DNA of 62,210 nucleotides, the filler included, from Basidiobolus meristosporus CBS 931.73 (taxonomy: Eukaryota; Fungi; Basidiobolomycota): the NCBI GenBank assembly GCA_002104905.1. It is 4 parts of 4 records of this genome, joined end to end, with 100 filler letters (N's around TTAATTAATTAA, not from the genome) between each part and the next. Parts side by side here need not be neighbours in the genome. Positions count along the whole stretch, not along the records: positions 29,153 to 39,961 come from MCFE01001295.1; positions 40,062 to 53,222 come from MCFE01001213.1; 2 more parts are not named here. One strand, given 5' to 3'. Numbering within the stretch: position 1 is the stretch's first letter; each line of letters begins with the position of its first letter. Shown here piece after piece: positions 35,901 to 47,149 of the stretch. A program made the translations under genes and the position numbers. The notes beneath the pieces were generated by a model. It had not been told where the DNA came from. It searched no databases and was given only the letters and a program-made list of their open reading frames with translations.

Positions 35901-37921
35901 CAGATTATGCAATTGGTGGAGTGCTGAGCCAAGAACACGAGGGAAAGGACTACCCTGTTGCCTTTGAATCCAAGAAACTGAACTCAGCAGAACAAAACTA
36001 TCCAGTTCATGAGAAGGAGATGCTTGCTATAATACACTGTTTGAAGACATGGAGATGCTATATTGAAGGAGTCAAATGCACTGTGAAGACTGATCATGCC
36101 TCCCTCAAGTATATATTTACTCAGAAGGTACTCTCTAGAAGAATGACAAGATGGAGTGAATACATTCAGCAATTTGACCTGGAGATTGTCTACTGTCCTG
36201 GAAAAAACAACACGGTTGCTGATGCCTTATCAAGATTAGATCAAGTTGCACAACTCAACTTGGTGCATGAATCAGATTGGCCTAGCCTATTACCAAAGTA
36301 CTTGGAGGACCAAGCCATTCCTAATGAGGTGGATGAAGATATCAAGAAGATAATCCGTGATGAGGCCAGCAAATTTGTTGTACAGAATGAAACACTCTAC
36401 CAAATTGTTGATGGAAGCCCTATTGCCTATTGTCCTTATGTTGCTCGCCTGGATTTAATACATAAGCTACACAATGGATATGGACATCTTGGGATTGAAG
36501 GAACCTATAGCCTTGTAAAAGCCAGAGCATGGTGGCCCAGAATGAAACAAGACATTGAGAAGCTAGTAAAAACATGCCCAAACTGCCAAATCAATCAAGG
36601 CCAGCCACAAAGAATTGCCAAACTCTTCCCTTTGGAGCCTGTCAGACCATTTGAGAGATGGGGAATTGACTTTATTGGAAGACTGCCAACTACCAGGAAA
36701 TGTAACCGTTGGATCCTAGTAGCTATTGACCATGCCACTAAATGGCCAGTTGCTAAAGCCGTACCAATAGCCAGTGAACAAGAAGTTGCAAGTTTCATTT
36801 ACCATGAGATCCTGATGAAGTTTGGATGCCCTGTGGAGATCTTATCCGATAGAGGTGCAAACTTTATGGCAAAGACATTAGAGGCTTACCTGGAAATGCA
36901 GCAGATCAGACACTTGAAAACCTCGGCATATCACCCCAGAACTAATGGAGTCACTGAGCGGTTTAATGGATTATTTGGAAAAATGCTGACTAAGTATGCA
37001 AATGGAGTTGTCAGTAGATGGGATGAGTATATAGACCAAGCACTCTTTGCATGCAGAGTCAGAGTACACAACACCACCCAGCAATCACCATTTTACTTAG
37101 TTTATGGATGTGAACCTAGGATTCCAGGAGATCTCACACAACCCAAGCTTACAGATGCCTTAGAAGATGAACTTAGTCAGCCAAGTAGACACCAGCAACT
37201 GGAACAAAGACGTCAAGAGGCACAGACCAAAGTATCTCAAAGTGCAGAAAAGATGAAGCAGAGATTTGATAAGACTATAGCACCAGAAGCATTGACAGTT
37301 GGGAACTTTGTATTGCTAAGAAACAACACTCGGAAGAAGTTTGAGCCACAATGGACAGGACCATTCAAGATCATCAGAGAATGTCCATTTGCAACTTACC
37401 AACTGGTGGACAAGCAAGGTAATATCCGGGAAGACTTAGTGCATAGGGACAGACTCAAGCTTGCAAGACTTGCTGATAATACTGAACCATCAAGATATTG
37501 GTATCACAAGAAAAGAGATTCAGGAGAACCCACTCAACTTTAGTAGGGGAGAATGTTATGATCTGCCGCTTGAATGTTTAAGTTAGATCAGTTTTTAGTC
37601 AAATCAATTAGTATATGTTTAGGTTATCAGTATATCAGTATTATCTATGAAATCAGTAGCATTAGTCAGCAAATGAATCAGCAGATCCTTATCAGACAGA
37701 AATAGATATATTAAGTAGGATCTTATTGGGTGATGATGATGCAATCAAATGAGTCATCAGCCACAACCTACATTAGGAAATACAATTAGTCAGCAATTGA
37801 TCTGGCAAAATGTATATAAGGAGCTGCTGGAACCTCAATAAAAATCAGTTCAAGTTTTAGTGAATACAATACTAGCTAAACTCCCTATTCCTCTACAACT
37901 CTTATACCAAGACTTGTAACA
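32984..37921 (+). mobile_element. Family A Ty3/gypsy, intact
   Basis: 368-bp LTRs 32984-33351 and 37554-37921, identical by eye; TSD ACTT/ACTT; PBS TGGTAGCAGCG (A1:U72 initiator-Met type); PPT TAGGGGAGAA. Confidence 0.97.
33410..37543 (+). CDS. gag-pol: Gag-Pol polyprotein, single ORF, 1377 aa, no chromodomain
   Basis: [71 protein letters not shown]. Confidence 0.96.
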   Translation: MSDNQEWKNAMQQILAQQQQLLQILSQQQQGMTTMAQSQQSPVKSNFSVKVNRYHGRVNENLGTWLFQIEEAFKAKGIAPESKLHYAASYLADAALQWYHNKIRSATMMGCTTISTWDEFVSEIQDAFEPPHQQTLLRRKLKTLRQKGMVQEYIYEYRCLLGQIERMDPLDQVEYFIDGLKERTRKEVNYRRPQTIEEAIKIAIDYDSAMFGVGKPTVTSQKGYNHYERRQSEAVPMEIDAMQKNPSSEECKKRGLCFNCHQQGHIAKYCPQRRNGHQPTRTFNHIESHEHSNVEDELEEDSELTFHMTEEYLSQMTSNSGKLLYLNGAINGVPAKIMIDSGASHEYMSEQFALKAGINSEPTKSTSVSTADGNSHIINRITQPVRMKINDYEEDLQAYIFGNCKFDLVLGKTWLFCRNPSINWRTHATQIQKDNKTYELLPARLDFNLVNSSVCEISELSKTQFCRALRKGTQMFLMAVLQEDSSTPAPQQVQTLLKKYSDVFPDELVSLPPVRDVDHAIDTGDSPPVSKTPYRMSPLELEEMKRQIDQLLEQGYIRPSKSPWGAPVLFVKKKDGTLRMCIDYRALNSVTVKNKYPIPRIDELLDQLNGATIFSKIDLMSGYNQIRVKPEDIPKTAFRTRYGHYEYLVMSFGLTNAPATFMTLMQTVFQEYLDKFVIIYLDDILIYSKTEKDHLVHIEKVLKKLRENKLYGKLAKCEFFKEHVEYLGHIVTSTGVTLDPKKVEVIKNLKQPHSISELRSFLGMVSYYRIFVKSFASIAAPLTDILKKDNTYKWDIGCETAFQTLKNELAKLPSLRIPDFRKEFTLCTDASDYAIGGVLSQEHEGKDYPVAFESKKLNSAEQNYPVHEKEMLAIIHCLKTWRCYIEGVKCTVKTDHASLKYIFTQKVLSRRMTRWSEYIQQFDLEIVYCPGKNNTVADALSRLDQVAQLNLVHESDWPSLLPKYLEDQAIPNEVDEDIKKIIRDEASKFVVQNETLYQIVDGSPIAYCPYVARLDLIHKLHNGYGHLGIEGTYSLVKARAWWPRMKQDIEKLVKTCPNCQINQGQPQRIAKLFPLEPVRPFERWGIDFIGRLPTTRKCNRWILVAIDHATKWPVAKAVPIASEQEVASFIYHEILMKFGCPVEILSDRGANFMAKTLEAYLEMQQIRHLKTSAYHPRTNGVTERFNGLFGKMLTKYANGVVSRWDEYIDQALFACRVRVHNTTQQSPFYLVYGCEPRIPGDLTQPKLTDALEDELSQPSRHQQLEQRRQEAQTKVSQSAEKMKQRFDKTIAPEALTVGNFVLLRNNTRKKFEPQWTGPFKIIRECPFATYQLVDKQGNIREDLVHRDRLKLARLADNTEPSRYWYHKKRDSGEPTQL

Positions 37922-38699
37922 ACTTGACTATACTGGGACTTTTGAACTGGTGGCCAAGTCTAATTCCATCAGATCCATATTGGCTATTACTGCCAAATCT
38001 AAGTTTTTTAATTATCCTATGGATGTAAAAGTTGCATTTTTGAGTAGGGAACTTAATGAGGATATGTTTATTGACCAGCTGGATGGGTTTGTGACCAAGA
38101 AAACCCCATTTGATATGCAAGCTTTAAATGTCACTACATGGACTCAAACAATCACAAAGAGCTTAGAATTGCAACTTAGATTCTTATTTAGAACTTTCCA
38201 GTTTCAAAAGGAGTGATGCTGACTATAGTATATACTATAAGCCAGATAGAGCATATCTAGTTCTACTAGCTCTATATGTGGATGAACTCATTATAGTCAC
38301 TAATAACCTTTAAACATTAAAGAGACTAAACCTAGCCTATCTAAAGGGTTCAAGATATACAATCTAGGAGAACTCAGTTACTACTTAGGGATAAAGTTCT
38401 CCATAGACAGAGGTGCCAAGACTATTGCCCTAAGCCCAACCAAGTATATTGAAGATATACTCAAGAAGTACCAGATGGAAGACTGTAAATTGGCAGCTAT
38501 CCTAATAGAGACAATCCTTAACTTGTCAAAACTCAACCAAATCAAGAGAGCTTGGTACCATCTGAAAGCCCTGACTTTCCTTATCAGCATATGATTGGCA
38601 GCCTAGTGTATAGTATGCTTTGAGCACATACCAATATATCATATTCAGTGGGAGTTGTTAGTCAGCATAATTAGAACTAGGGATCTGAACACCTTATGA

Positions 38700-39880
38700 G
38701 AAATATTTTGGCTCAATGGGTGGATCCAATCTGGATCAGCCATCATGATCCCACTTAGAGACCATTGTATTTCCAGCAGCTTGAAATTAGTCACCCTCTT
38801 AACAATCTTATGATGGGATTACAATGGTGTTTTGCTAATTTTACTGCCATATAGAGTGATAAACTTGACAGGATTTGTTTGGTACTGCAACAATAGTTGC
38901 ATGGCATTGTTGCAGTCTTTTTGCACTCTACAACTATTTTAAATGGATTAAACTTGACAGGACATCCGATTGCTTTATATGGCAAAAAAACTTGATGGAT
39001 TTCAACAGCCTCACAGAAAGACTTGGACAGCTTTATAATGGCAGTGTGGTGGCCTACAGTTAGTTCTGTATAATGCTTTCATACCAATATACAAAATGGT
39101 ACCCTTTTCCCACCTCCCCTTGTGCAATTCATATATTCCACCACAGAGTCACCCCTCTTTATTTGCTTACCTGCCACTACCTTGGGTATTCCACACATAG
39201 TTCAAATCACAAAAAACTGTGACCTCCGGCTTACTAACTTCTACAAGTGCGCACAACTGCTGCAATTGACATACTTCTATCACCTCAACTTTATGGCTTT
39301 TTAGTGTGATACTTACAAAGTTGCCATATACCTTGTACTACTGGTAACATATACATCTTGCAAACATATGCTTGGTTGTTGCCACTTCTGCCATGAATAC
39401 CTCCTGAATATCCGCAAAGATCTTCTTGGTACTTAGCCAGTATGTTCCTTCTCCCTGCTGGATTTGAGTCACACTTATTGGTGCACTCTGGCTGTTTTTT
39501 GTGTGAGTTTCATATTGAATGATGTTGAAGTTAGCTTGCAACCAAGAGAAATCCTGCATACCTTCATAGTGTTTTCCTAATAAAATCAGTTGCTTGTAGC
39601 ACCCAATCCAACTTTGCATTACTTAACTGATTACCCATGCATTTGGGCTACTTAGGTTCTTAATGCCATAGGCATGGGTGTCTCCATGTGCACATCTGTC
39701 CTCAGTATTTTCCAACTCTTCCTTGCTATCTTCCCTGTGCCAACTCATCACATCCATGAAGGACTTGAAGGTAATATTCTTGAAGGGATTGCAATATGGT
39801 AGTTACTGCAACATCATTTGACTTCCAATCTCCCCACGCATCTGCTGGGCAAGATGATGCAAGACAAAACAAGCAGACAA
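38700..39880 (-). pseudogene. Decayed CACTA transposase 3' half
   Basis: Minus strand homologous to 26450-27290 (QGEGTYWL, HMFARCICYQ). Confidence 0.72.
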
Positions 39881-39961
39881 AAAACAGAAACTGGAGCAGG
39901 CAAGCCATATAACAACTGATAAACACTTATTTGTAACTGTACAAGAGAGTGGAAGTGACCA

Positions 39962-40061
39962 NNNNNNNNNNNNNNNNNNNNNNNNNNNNNNNNNNNNNNN
40001 NNNNNTTAATTAATTAANNNNNNNNNNNNNNNNNNNNNNNNNNNNNNNNNNNNNNNNNNNN
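39962..40061. other. Scaffold gap with TTAATTAATTAA pad
   Basis: 100-bp N run. Confidence 0.97.
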
Positions 40062-40511
40062 CAAGCGGGCTTCTTTCTTTATCGACTTTTTCTTTGTCGA
40101 CCATCTTACGTGATTCCTCCTGAGCTGCAGCACGTGCCTCTTCTTCCTTTCTTTTTTCATCTGCTACAGTAACTATGTGCCTTTCCAGCTTGAAATCGTA
40201 GGCCGACTGCAACTGCGAAAAAGTTAGATGCTAAGGAAACAACGCTACTACTGCATGGCATTCTTGGTGAGAATCATACCAATTGCTTTAGATGTGGAAG
40301 AGGGGCATATTCGCTCGGAAGTTTGACCTGTCAGCAAGGAAATTAGCCAATGTCACCAAGTGAGTGCAAAGTAAAACCTACCGATTTGGGTAATTTCTTC
40401 TTTAGTGTTGTTGTTAAAGGGACATCCGATAGCGCAGAATACATAAGTGACATTATCGACGAGACTCTCAGCAGCTTTGATTCTTCTCGAGGTGTTTGGG
40501 GGATGTGGCAA
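40062..40511 (-). CDS. Spliced host gene fragment, unknown protein, runs into gap
   Basis: Exons 40511-40382, 40327-40280 and 40212-40062 with GT-AG introns of 54 and 67 nt carrying CTAA branch points. They join in one open frame (...MSLMYSALSDVPLTTTLKKKLPKS-VKLPSEYAPLPHLKQL-LQSAYDFKLERH...). 5' end unresolved. Confidence 0.55.
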
Positions 40512-40874
40512 CTGTGAGTAGGGTGTATGTGCTAGAGATAGACTGGTATGTGGCAAGGAATTCAGATAGAAATTATGTCATGCGATAATCACTCTGACAA
40601 TAGTTAATTCATACTCAGATATCACGCATTTTCCTCACTGCCTTTACGCTACATATTTCCTCAATAATCTGCAAATCAGGTTGAAGCCGATGTAAATCGG
40701 CTAATAAACACAACTGCTGTTCATTGATTTTCAGTAAATCACCCAAAAATATGCATAAATCCCCGATACGTACATACAACTTGACTTTGCTGGCTATGCA
40801 TTGCACATGTGTGTATGGTGGTTGGTGAAATTGAAACATTTATTGGACCTCAATATTCCGACTCCAGCCAAACC

Positions 40875-41171
40875 TTAGAATTCGTAGCGGACACATGTCC
40901 CACTCCCACCGAGTAATCCTTCATAATCTTGCTTACATCTGAACCCTCGGGGGCAAAAGACGCGAGCACTTGGATTGCACCGCACTATAGGGGGGCGCCG
41001 GCGTACACACCTTCCATACCCTCCAGGAAGGCCCCTGCGTTCCGGTTCGCACTCAAAGCCGCGAGGACAAAATAGACGAGCACTCGGGTTGCATCTGAAC
41101 TCCAGCGCTGCCATACCATTCCATAAGGAAGCCACTAAGATGAAGATCAGTAGTCCAGTTCTTGCGTACAT
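40875..41171 (-). CDS. Small secreted cysteine-rich protein, 98 aa, two tandem 4-Cys repeats
   Basis: First ATG at 41171 (the track start is GTG). Hydrophobic signal-like N-terminus; repeats RCNPSARxFCPRGFxC-x13-C; Arg-rich. Confidence 0.8.
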   Translation of the reverse strand: MYARTGLLIFILVASLWNGMAALEFRCNPSARLFCPRGFECEPERRGLPGGYGRCVRRRPPIVRCNPSARVFCPRGFRCKQDYEGLLGGSGTCVRYEF

Positions 41172-41433
41172 ATCAGAGATGTTGGGATATTTGCCTGGTG
41201 ATTGTTTGGCCACTGCATCCTTTTAAATCAAAGATACATACACACTGCTTTGAGCTTAGAGTTGAAACCGGTGAGCTGTGCATTGCAGCTAGAGTCTTTT
41301 AAACTATCAGAATGGGTGACGACTTCCAATCTTGAACTGAAAGATGGTGCTGATTTGTCTACCAGGTTCAGAGCTATTTTAATATCAGTAACTTTGTCAT
41401 AATGTATCCTTTCACCGTTATGCTCTAACATCT

Positions 41434-41609
41434 TCAGTGTATAATTGATGAAAAGATACGCCAGTCATAGTGTTTATCGAATGCTCTACATATTCCACTT
41501 CCATCTTCCTTGTCCGGTTTACATTCGTATCCTCTTGGGCAGAAGACTTGAACATCCACATGCTGTTTGCCGGATGGATGGGTGAACTCCAACCATTTAT
41601 TGTTATATG
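41434..41609 (-). pseudogene. Paralogous exon with FCPRGYEC...GSGIC motif
   Basis: Open frame after a CTAAC...TTTTAG acceptor: YNNKWLEFTHPSGKQHVDVQVFCPRGYECKPDKEDGSGICRAF...; no start exon identified. Confidence 0.5.
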
Positions 41610-41830
41610 CTAAAACTAGGCGTTACAAATGAGTTAGAGCCCTGTTATGGAATTTTGCTGTGACTCGGCTGCATGCTCCTTCCGCAGTCCAACAAATTGG
41701 TGGACGTATTTGATCCATTAGCATTTGCTTTCATTCTCCTGACTATACAATGCTCCTTCTACTTCTGCTCATACATCTGAAAAATGGCCATCGAACGCAT
41801 TGAATCAACTGAATATTTCTAGGGATTTGC

Positions 41831-41909
41831 TCAATCATGGCCATCCTACCTGGTTTACTCAATCATGGCCACCCTATCTAGTTTGATCAATCATGGTCAC
41901 CCTATCTAG
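41831..41909 (+). repeat. 28-bp tandem repeat, 3 copies
   Basis: TCAATCATGGYCAYCCTA units at 41831, 41859 and 41887. Confidence 0.85.
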
Positions 41910-42950
41910 CCACGAGCAAATCATTCCCCAGCCTGCTATCCTCGTCAAGCCACTACTACATCCAAGCATGAAGTTGTCGCTCTCTCTCCTATCGATAGTA
42001 TCGCCCCCGTCATATCGTTTCATTTCCATTTCCAGTTCGTGTACAAGAACCAAAAAAATGTCGCAAATTTAGTGAACTCGGAGGCCATGAGGACTTCCTT
42101 GGCGGAATTGTTAGTGAAGTATCCGCTGATGGCAGGGAGAGCTAGACCTGAGGACAAACGATGGTTTATTGAGAGTAACAACGCAGGTGCTCCTTTTGTT
42201 GTCACTCACTCGGATTTGACTCTCGACGACTCGAACCTCGGGGACTTTGACCAGTATCCTAAAGGACTCCACACGCAATGGACCAATCCAAGTGATCCTA
42301 TAGACTATACAGAATTCCTTGCCAAACTGTCTCATTGTACAGCGAAGTTAATCCATTTTCGAAAGAGGAATTGCTCACTATGAAGAAAGATGTGCACAAT
42401 CCAAGAGACCCAATTACACCTTGGATTAACACAAATGATGCTATATGCTCGCACATGTGGCACCTTATCACCAGAGCTGGATGCTTGCCAGTAGAGGACA
42501 GAACTTCGATGCTACATTATTGTAATGTTCGGAAGATCCGGTAAGTGGCAGTTGCATTGTACAATGCACTATTCGGTATCCATTCCCAGTCGCTCTGTAC
42601 TAACTTCAATGGGATACCAATAGATTACTTTGGCAACGTTTCGGCATGTGGGCACACTGACCAAATGGCAGTAACGGCGTTGTTAACAACACCCCTTTCG
42701 CATGCAGCAGCGTTCTCGCGCCAAACATCAATAGTATCACCCCTATTTATGTCCAATCATTCATAGACTGGATCAGCATAAGCCCTACAGCAAAGCCAGT
42801 GATGGATGTCGCATTTCGCACAGGCGTATTTGAGAATGCCGAGGAGCCGTGATTTGTTGGTAAGGTACCTAAGTCTTCAAGCTTGTGGAGGGCAAGGAGA
42901 AAGGTAGCATATCTATCCAGGCCAATATGCTTCGAACACACATAGACAGG
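41893..42950 (+). pseudogene. BAHD/transferase-family acyltransferase pseudogene
   Basis: LSPID, LLVKYPLMAGR, IESNNAGAPF, WINTNDAICSHMWHLITRA, PIDYFGN. Frameshift near 41950; HxxxD region apparently deleted near 42330; internal stops. Confidence 0.7.
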
Positions 42951-44175
42951 CTACTGGCTGACCCAGATTTACGCATGTACGCACCTGTATGAATTTGCTA
43001 GCTGCTATCATGATCTGTCGAATCAAGAGAGTATTTTATCGCTTAATGAGTGATCTTGCTTGTGTCGGTGTTTGTACCACTGTATAGATATCTGGATGGT
43101 GTGGCTGGTAATTGTTACCTGTTTACTTGGACTACCAAGAGCAAGGCAAAGGTGATGTTGCATGCACCTGTGTTGCATATAGCTATGTCCTTTCCCAACC
43201 ATAAATGCAACTGTTCTACACCTTTCACAACCCGCCATCCAAGGTAAAATGATTCCGCAGATTGTCTCCATTGGTTCTATGCTTGCCAACCAGCTCCAAT
43301 GACCCCAATGACTGGAATTGCCATGGTTTTCCAGCACTCCACTGCATTTTGAACAGTATCACAAATGTGGGGCGGGTTTGAATGTGATTAGTCTATATTA
43401 GCCATATGAGGTTTTCTCGCACCTGGCAGGAATTTCCTAGTTTGAGTGCACCGATTAGCTTCAAATGGGTATGTGCGCACTGCACCAATGTTGTGGTTAA
43501 TGGTGGTAGCTCCTATAAAACTTCAATCTTTTAGGATCCTCGTCACGTAGATAGCCACTTTTCAAGCATGGCCTTCCGCTTACAGTTGGAATCGAGAGCG
43601 GTCTTTGGATTGGATAGACAAGAATGGAAAGAATGCTTATTGGAGACTGTCTAGAAGAGTACATATCAAGCATCCTGCATGACCAATCTAGAAATTCATA
43701 GCCATCCTAGAGGAGCATATAGAGTTGAATATGGAGTATGCTTCATGGCTCAAGTTTGGACTTATCACTGCCTTCAGCTACGGAAAACTCATGATCATAT
43801 GAGCCAGGTCGAAAATCCATGATGCCGGGGTTATGAACATGTATGTGGTGGAAGTAGGATTGCTACTACTAACTATTAAGACGCACTGAACTCATGCCAT
43901 TGCAGACTATCAAGACATTGGATGGCGGTCCGCTTAGTATATTGGTGATTGCCCCTTTCCCGGAAATAAAGCATTTATCAGAGCGCGACCAACTTTATAA
44001 GGCTAATCTACCTTTCAAAAGCCCAAATAAGCAGCCAATTCTATATTTCTACCTAAGTGCCCAAGCAAACATTATATTTCTTCAGCTTGGAATGCTTCCT
44101 ATCTCTGTCCGATAATGACATGTCCCCAATTACACACGCGTTATAAGAGCTGCAGGAGCCGCCAATCCTCCCCAA

Positions 44176-45378
44176 ATGCTGCTATATTGCTTCCTCTACC
44201 TTTTGGCATACCTTGGAAGCACCCACGCGGGTGATTTTGGCTTTAACTGGCATAATAGCCCGGGCTTCTTCACGGACATTCAAAGCATTTACACTAGCTT
44301 CGAAAGCCCAGAAGGGTACGCTCCCCCAGGCACTTACTGGTGTGTTGCTGCTTGGTACAACGGATATTTCGGCGTCCAGAGGGCCGATGATGGGGTCTAC
44401 AATTTCATCACCTCTGTCTGGAATAATGGCGAAAAGTCACCCCGTGTCGAACTAGGGCTTCCTGGAGGTTTAGTTCAGCAATGCGAGAATGCCGAAAACT
44501 GCTATGAAGGAGCCGTTGCCCATGACCTGGTTTTCGGAAAGACCTGGCTACCTGGAGTCAGATATGATTTCCTTGTTCACTGTGAGCGCGATGGAGAGAA
44601 CGAGATCTTTTCTAGTTATGTCCTCAAAGACGATCATTGGATGCTGATCACCAGGTTCATTGGGCCTGGATACAGGCATTACTTGGGAAACTTCATGTAC
44701 CAGTTTCTGGAGAATCCCGATTGGATTCGGGGTGCTCCTACTCCGCAGCGCAGAGGGCTCTACTACAACCAACATATTAAATACGTGGGATCTGAGGAGT
44801 GGCATCCGGCCGAAGTCATCTTTCCGGATGGTGGTTTCAATCCAAATGGCGAGTTCTGGGAGTTCATCCCTATGCCGCTGGACAATGGTGTATTGGTTGT
44901 TGTGGATGGTGGTAATTCTAGCACTCTGACTGCACAATCGAGGCAGTCAATGAGGGTGAATCTGACCAACGTGGAGCCTCCGGTGAACGTGCCTACATCA
45001 GTAAAAGGTAAGCATACAGCAACCGAGGTTTTGACGTATATGTCGTATGGGGCCATTACCGAAAGGGCCACCACCACCACTACCACCCAGCAGCATTGGG
45101 TTACTGATCTTGCGTTGACAACGACCTTAGTGTCGACTACTAAGCAGAAAGTCACGTCGAGAGGAACAAAAACCCGGATGCACACCGTCACCATGCCTAC
45201 ACATAACGTAACCGAGACTGAGGTCCGAGTACAAACGACTACCGTCACCCCTGGAACTAGCTTTAGCACAGTAGACGCGACCACTGTCGAGGACTCCACG
45301 TTGACCTTGTATGAAACTGACCAGCTTACACTTACTGGTCCGGCTGTTACTGTTTATGTCACTAGCATGTTGAAATGA
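44176..45378 (+). CDS. Secreted protein with DUF3472/DUF5077-like domain and Thr-rich tail
   Basis: Signal-like N-terminus; PGTYWCVAAWYNGYFGVQ..TSVW, WLPGVRYDFLV, WMLI, QFLEN and YYNQ match the family pattern as recalled; intronless 400-aa ORF. Confidence 0.7.
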   Translation: MLLYCFLYLLAYLGSTHAGDFGFNWHNSPGFFTDIQSIYTSFESPEGYAPPGTYWCVAAWYNGYFGVQRADDGVYNFITSVWNNGEKSPRVELGLPGGLVQQCENAENCYEGAVAHDLVFGKTWLPGVRYDFLVHCERDGENEIFSSYVLKDDHWMLITRFIGPGYRHYLGNFMYQFLENPDWIRGAPTPQRRGLYYNQHIKYVGSEEWHPAEVIFPDGGFNPNGEFWEFIPMPLDNGVLVVVDGGNSSTLTAQSRQSMRVNLTNVEPPVNVPTSVKGKHTATEVLTYMSYGAITERATTTTTTQQHWVTDLALTTTLVSTTKQKVTSRGTKTRMHTVTMPTHNVTETEVRVQTTTVTPGTSFSTVDATTVEDSTLTLYETDQLTLTGPAVTVYVTSMLK

Positions 45379-45980
45379 ACCATGCTACTTGTTGATTTAA
45401 ATAATTAGCTATTTATCGAAACCACTTTAGAAAAAAAGAAGTGGTAACTACATATCCATAACTAGGGTGGTGTATACAAACATTGACATATATATTATAT
45501 GCTGACCCAATTCAGTAATAAAAAGATGTAGTAGCAATAGAAATTCTTTGTTTGCAGTGGTCACAAGAGCAAAATGCTTATTCACACCTATACGGAGTGC
45601 GTGCTAACAAAGTCCCGCCGGAGATTGTTCATAAGCAGGTTTCTGCTGTTCCGATTGAGTGTAAAGGTGGTAAACTCTCTGACCTAAGCATTGCCTAATA
45701 TTCTGCAGAAAAGTGCACCTAGCTGTTGCCAGATTTGAGGGGTATCGGCGGTGATATGGAGGGCTTGAGAGTAATGTGGAATTATGAGTCAAGGGTAATG
45801 TAAGAGAGAGTGGCCATGCCACTATGGATGTTGTTTACAGCTTCAGCACGACATTGAGGCAGTGTTGAACAGCACCCATGAAACAGATAGTTGAATGGCT
45901 CTACCACTGCCTCTAAATATGGAAAATACTGACCAATTCCAATGATCTAGACCAACACTAAGATCATGTGTGATGGGAGC

Positions 45981-46013
45981 GGTTAATTATGGGTTAATTA
46001 CGGGTTAATTACC
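45981..46013. repeat. Three GGTTAATTA units at 11-bp spacing
   Basis: GGTTAATTATGGGTTAATTACGGGTTAATTACC. Confidence 0.6.
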
Positions 46014-47149
46014 AAATTCACGTCAAGATATACTGGTAGCAGGTTACTGATTATCAAGGCATGGGATAGTGGGAAACCTTGTATGCTATTCAAAAATGTA
46101 GCTATCCCAGACAACCCTCTTCACTTTGGTCACCTGCGCACTGCGCTTGACTCCCCTTCCATATGTATAATAAGATCGGAATGTTTGGGAGAACATGATC
46201 TTTTCTAGTTACACCCTCAAAGATGATCATTAGCTGCTGATCAACTGATTTATTACTCCTGGATATAGCCACTACTTGTGAAGCTAAACATATCAGCTTC
46301 TGAGCACTTGATGCAGTTCCACTAATTTGCAAATACTGCATTTTGTCAGCAGCAAAGAAGCTACCATGTAGGATGGTTCTTAGTGTTGTAAGAGTCTTGG
46401 AGATATTGGAAGTGATTGGGAGAACAAGTAGATTATGTGGTTTTCACATAATGATTTATTGAATGTAAAAGTAGTATTTATACTTTTACCTGGTCTTGGC
46501 ATTACAAACACATAGAATAGGTTAAGGAAGGTCCCAAGAACATGTGTGCAAAGTTTAGGTCTGTTTGGACAACTTTGAGAATTTTCATGTTCTGGGTACC
46601 AGGTATTTTGGTGAAAATATTCTAAGTAAATCCCAACAAGGAATTTGGTCAGTATTCTCTAGGATTTGAGGGTAATGGTCTAAGTGACTAAGTTAGGTGA
46701 ATATTTAGGTGGAAATACAAATTTTCACAACACTCCCACTCAGCCAAATGCTCATACTGACTAGTCCTAATTTTGACCTAAGATATTCAAACTTGTCTCT
46801 AGCTAATGGTTTGGTAAATATGTCTGCAATCATTTCATCTGTAGGACAGTAAACTAAGCTAACTAAGTTTTTCTCTATAGCTTCATGTATGAAATGATGT
46901 CTAATATCTATGTGCTTGGTTCTAGCATGAAAAGTTGGATTTCTACCTAATTGTATACATCCTTGATTATCTTGAAATAAAGTAATAAGCGTTTTTTGAC
47001 ATAGGCCTAAATCTGTAAACAGCTTTCTTAACCACATTGCTTCTTTTGTAGCTTCACAGGCTGCCATATACTGTGCTTCTGTGGTAGAAAGTGCTACGGT
47101 TGGTTGCTTTCTTGAATTCCATGAAATTGCTCCTTTACAGTAAAGAAAG

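Larger units (their letters stand above)
29153..38690 (+). mobile_element. Family D Ty1/copia, heavily decayed copy hosting three insertions
   Basis: Collinear with 47850-50900 once 29861-30593, 31157-31961 and 32984-37921 are removed; many stops. Confidence 0.85.

Noticed and set aside
43692-43798. Hydrophobic frame EEHIELNMEYASWLKFGLITAFSYG, faintly DUF202-like
   Set aside because: Short, flanked by stops, resemblance too weak.
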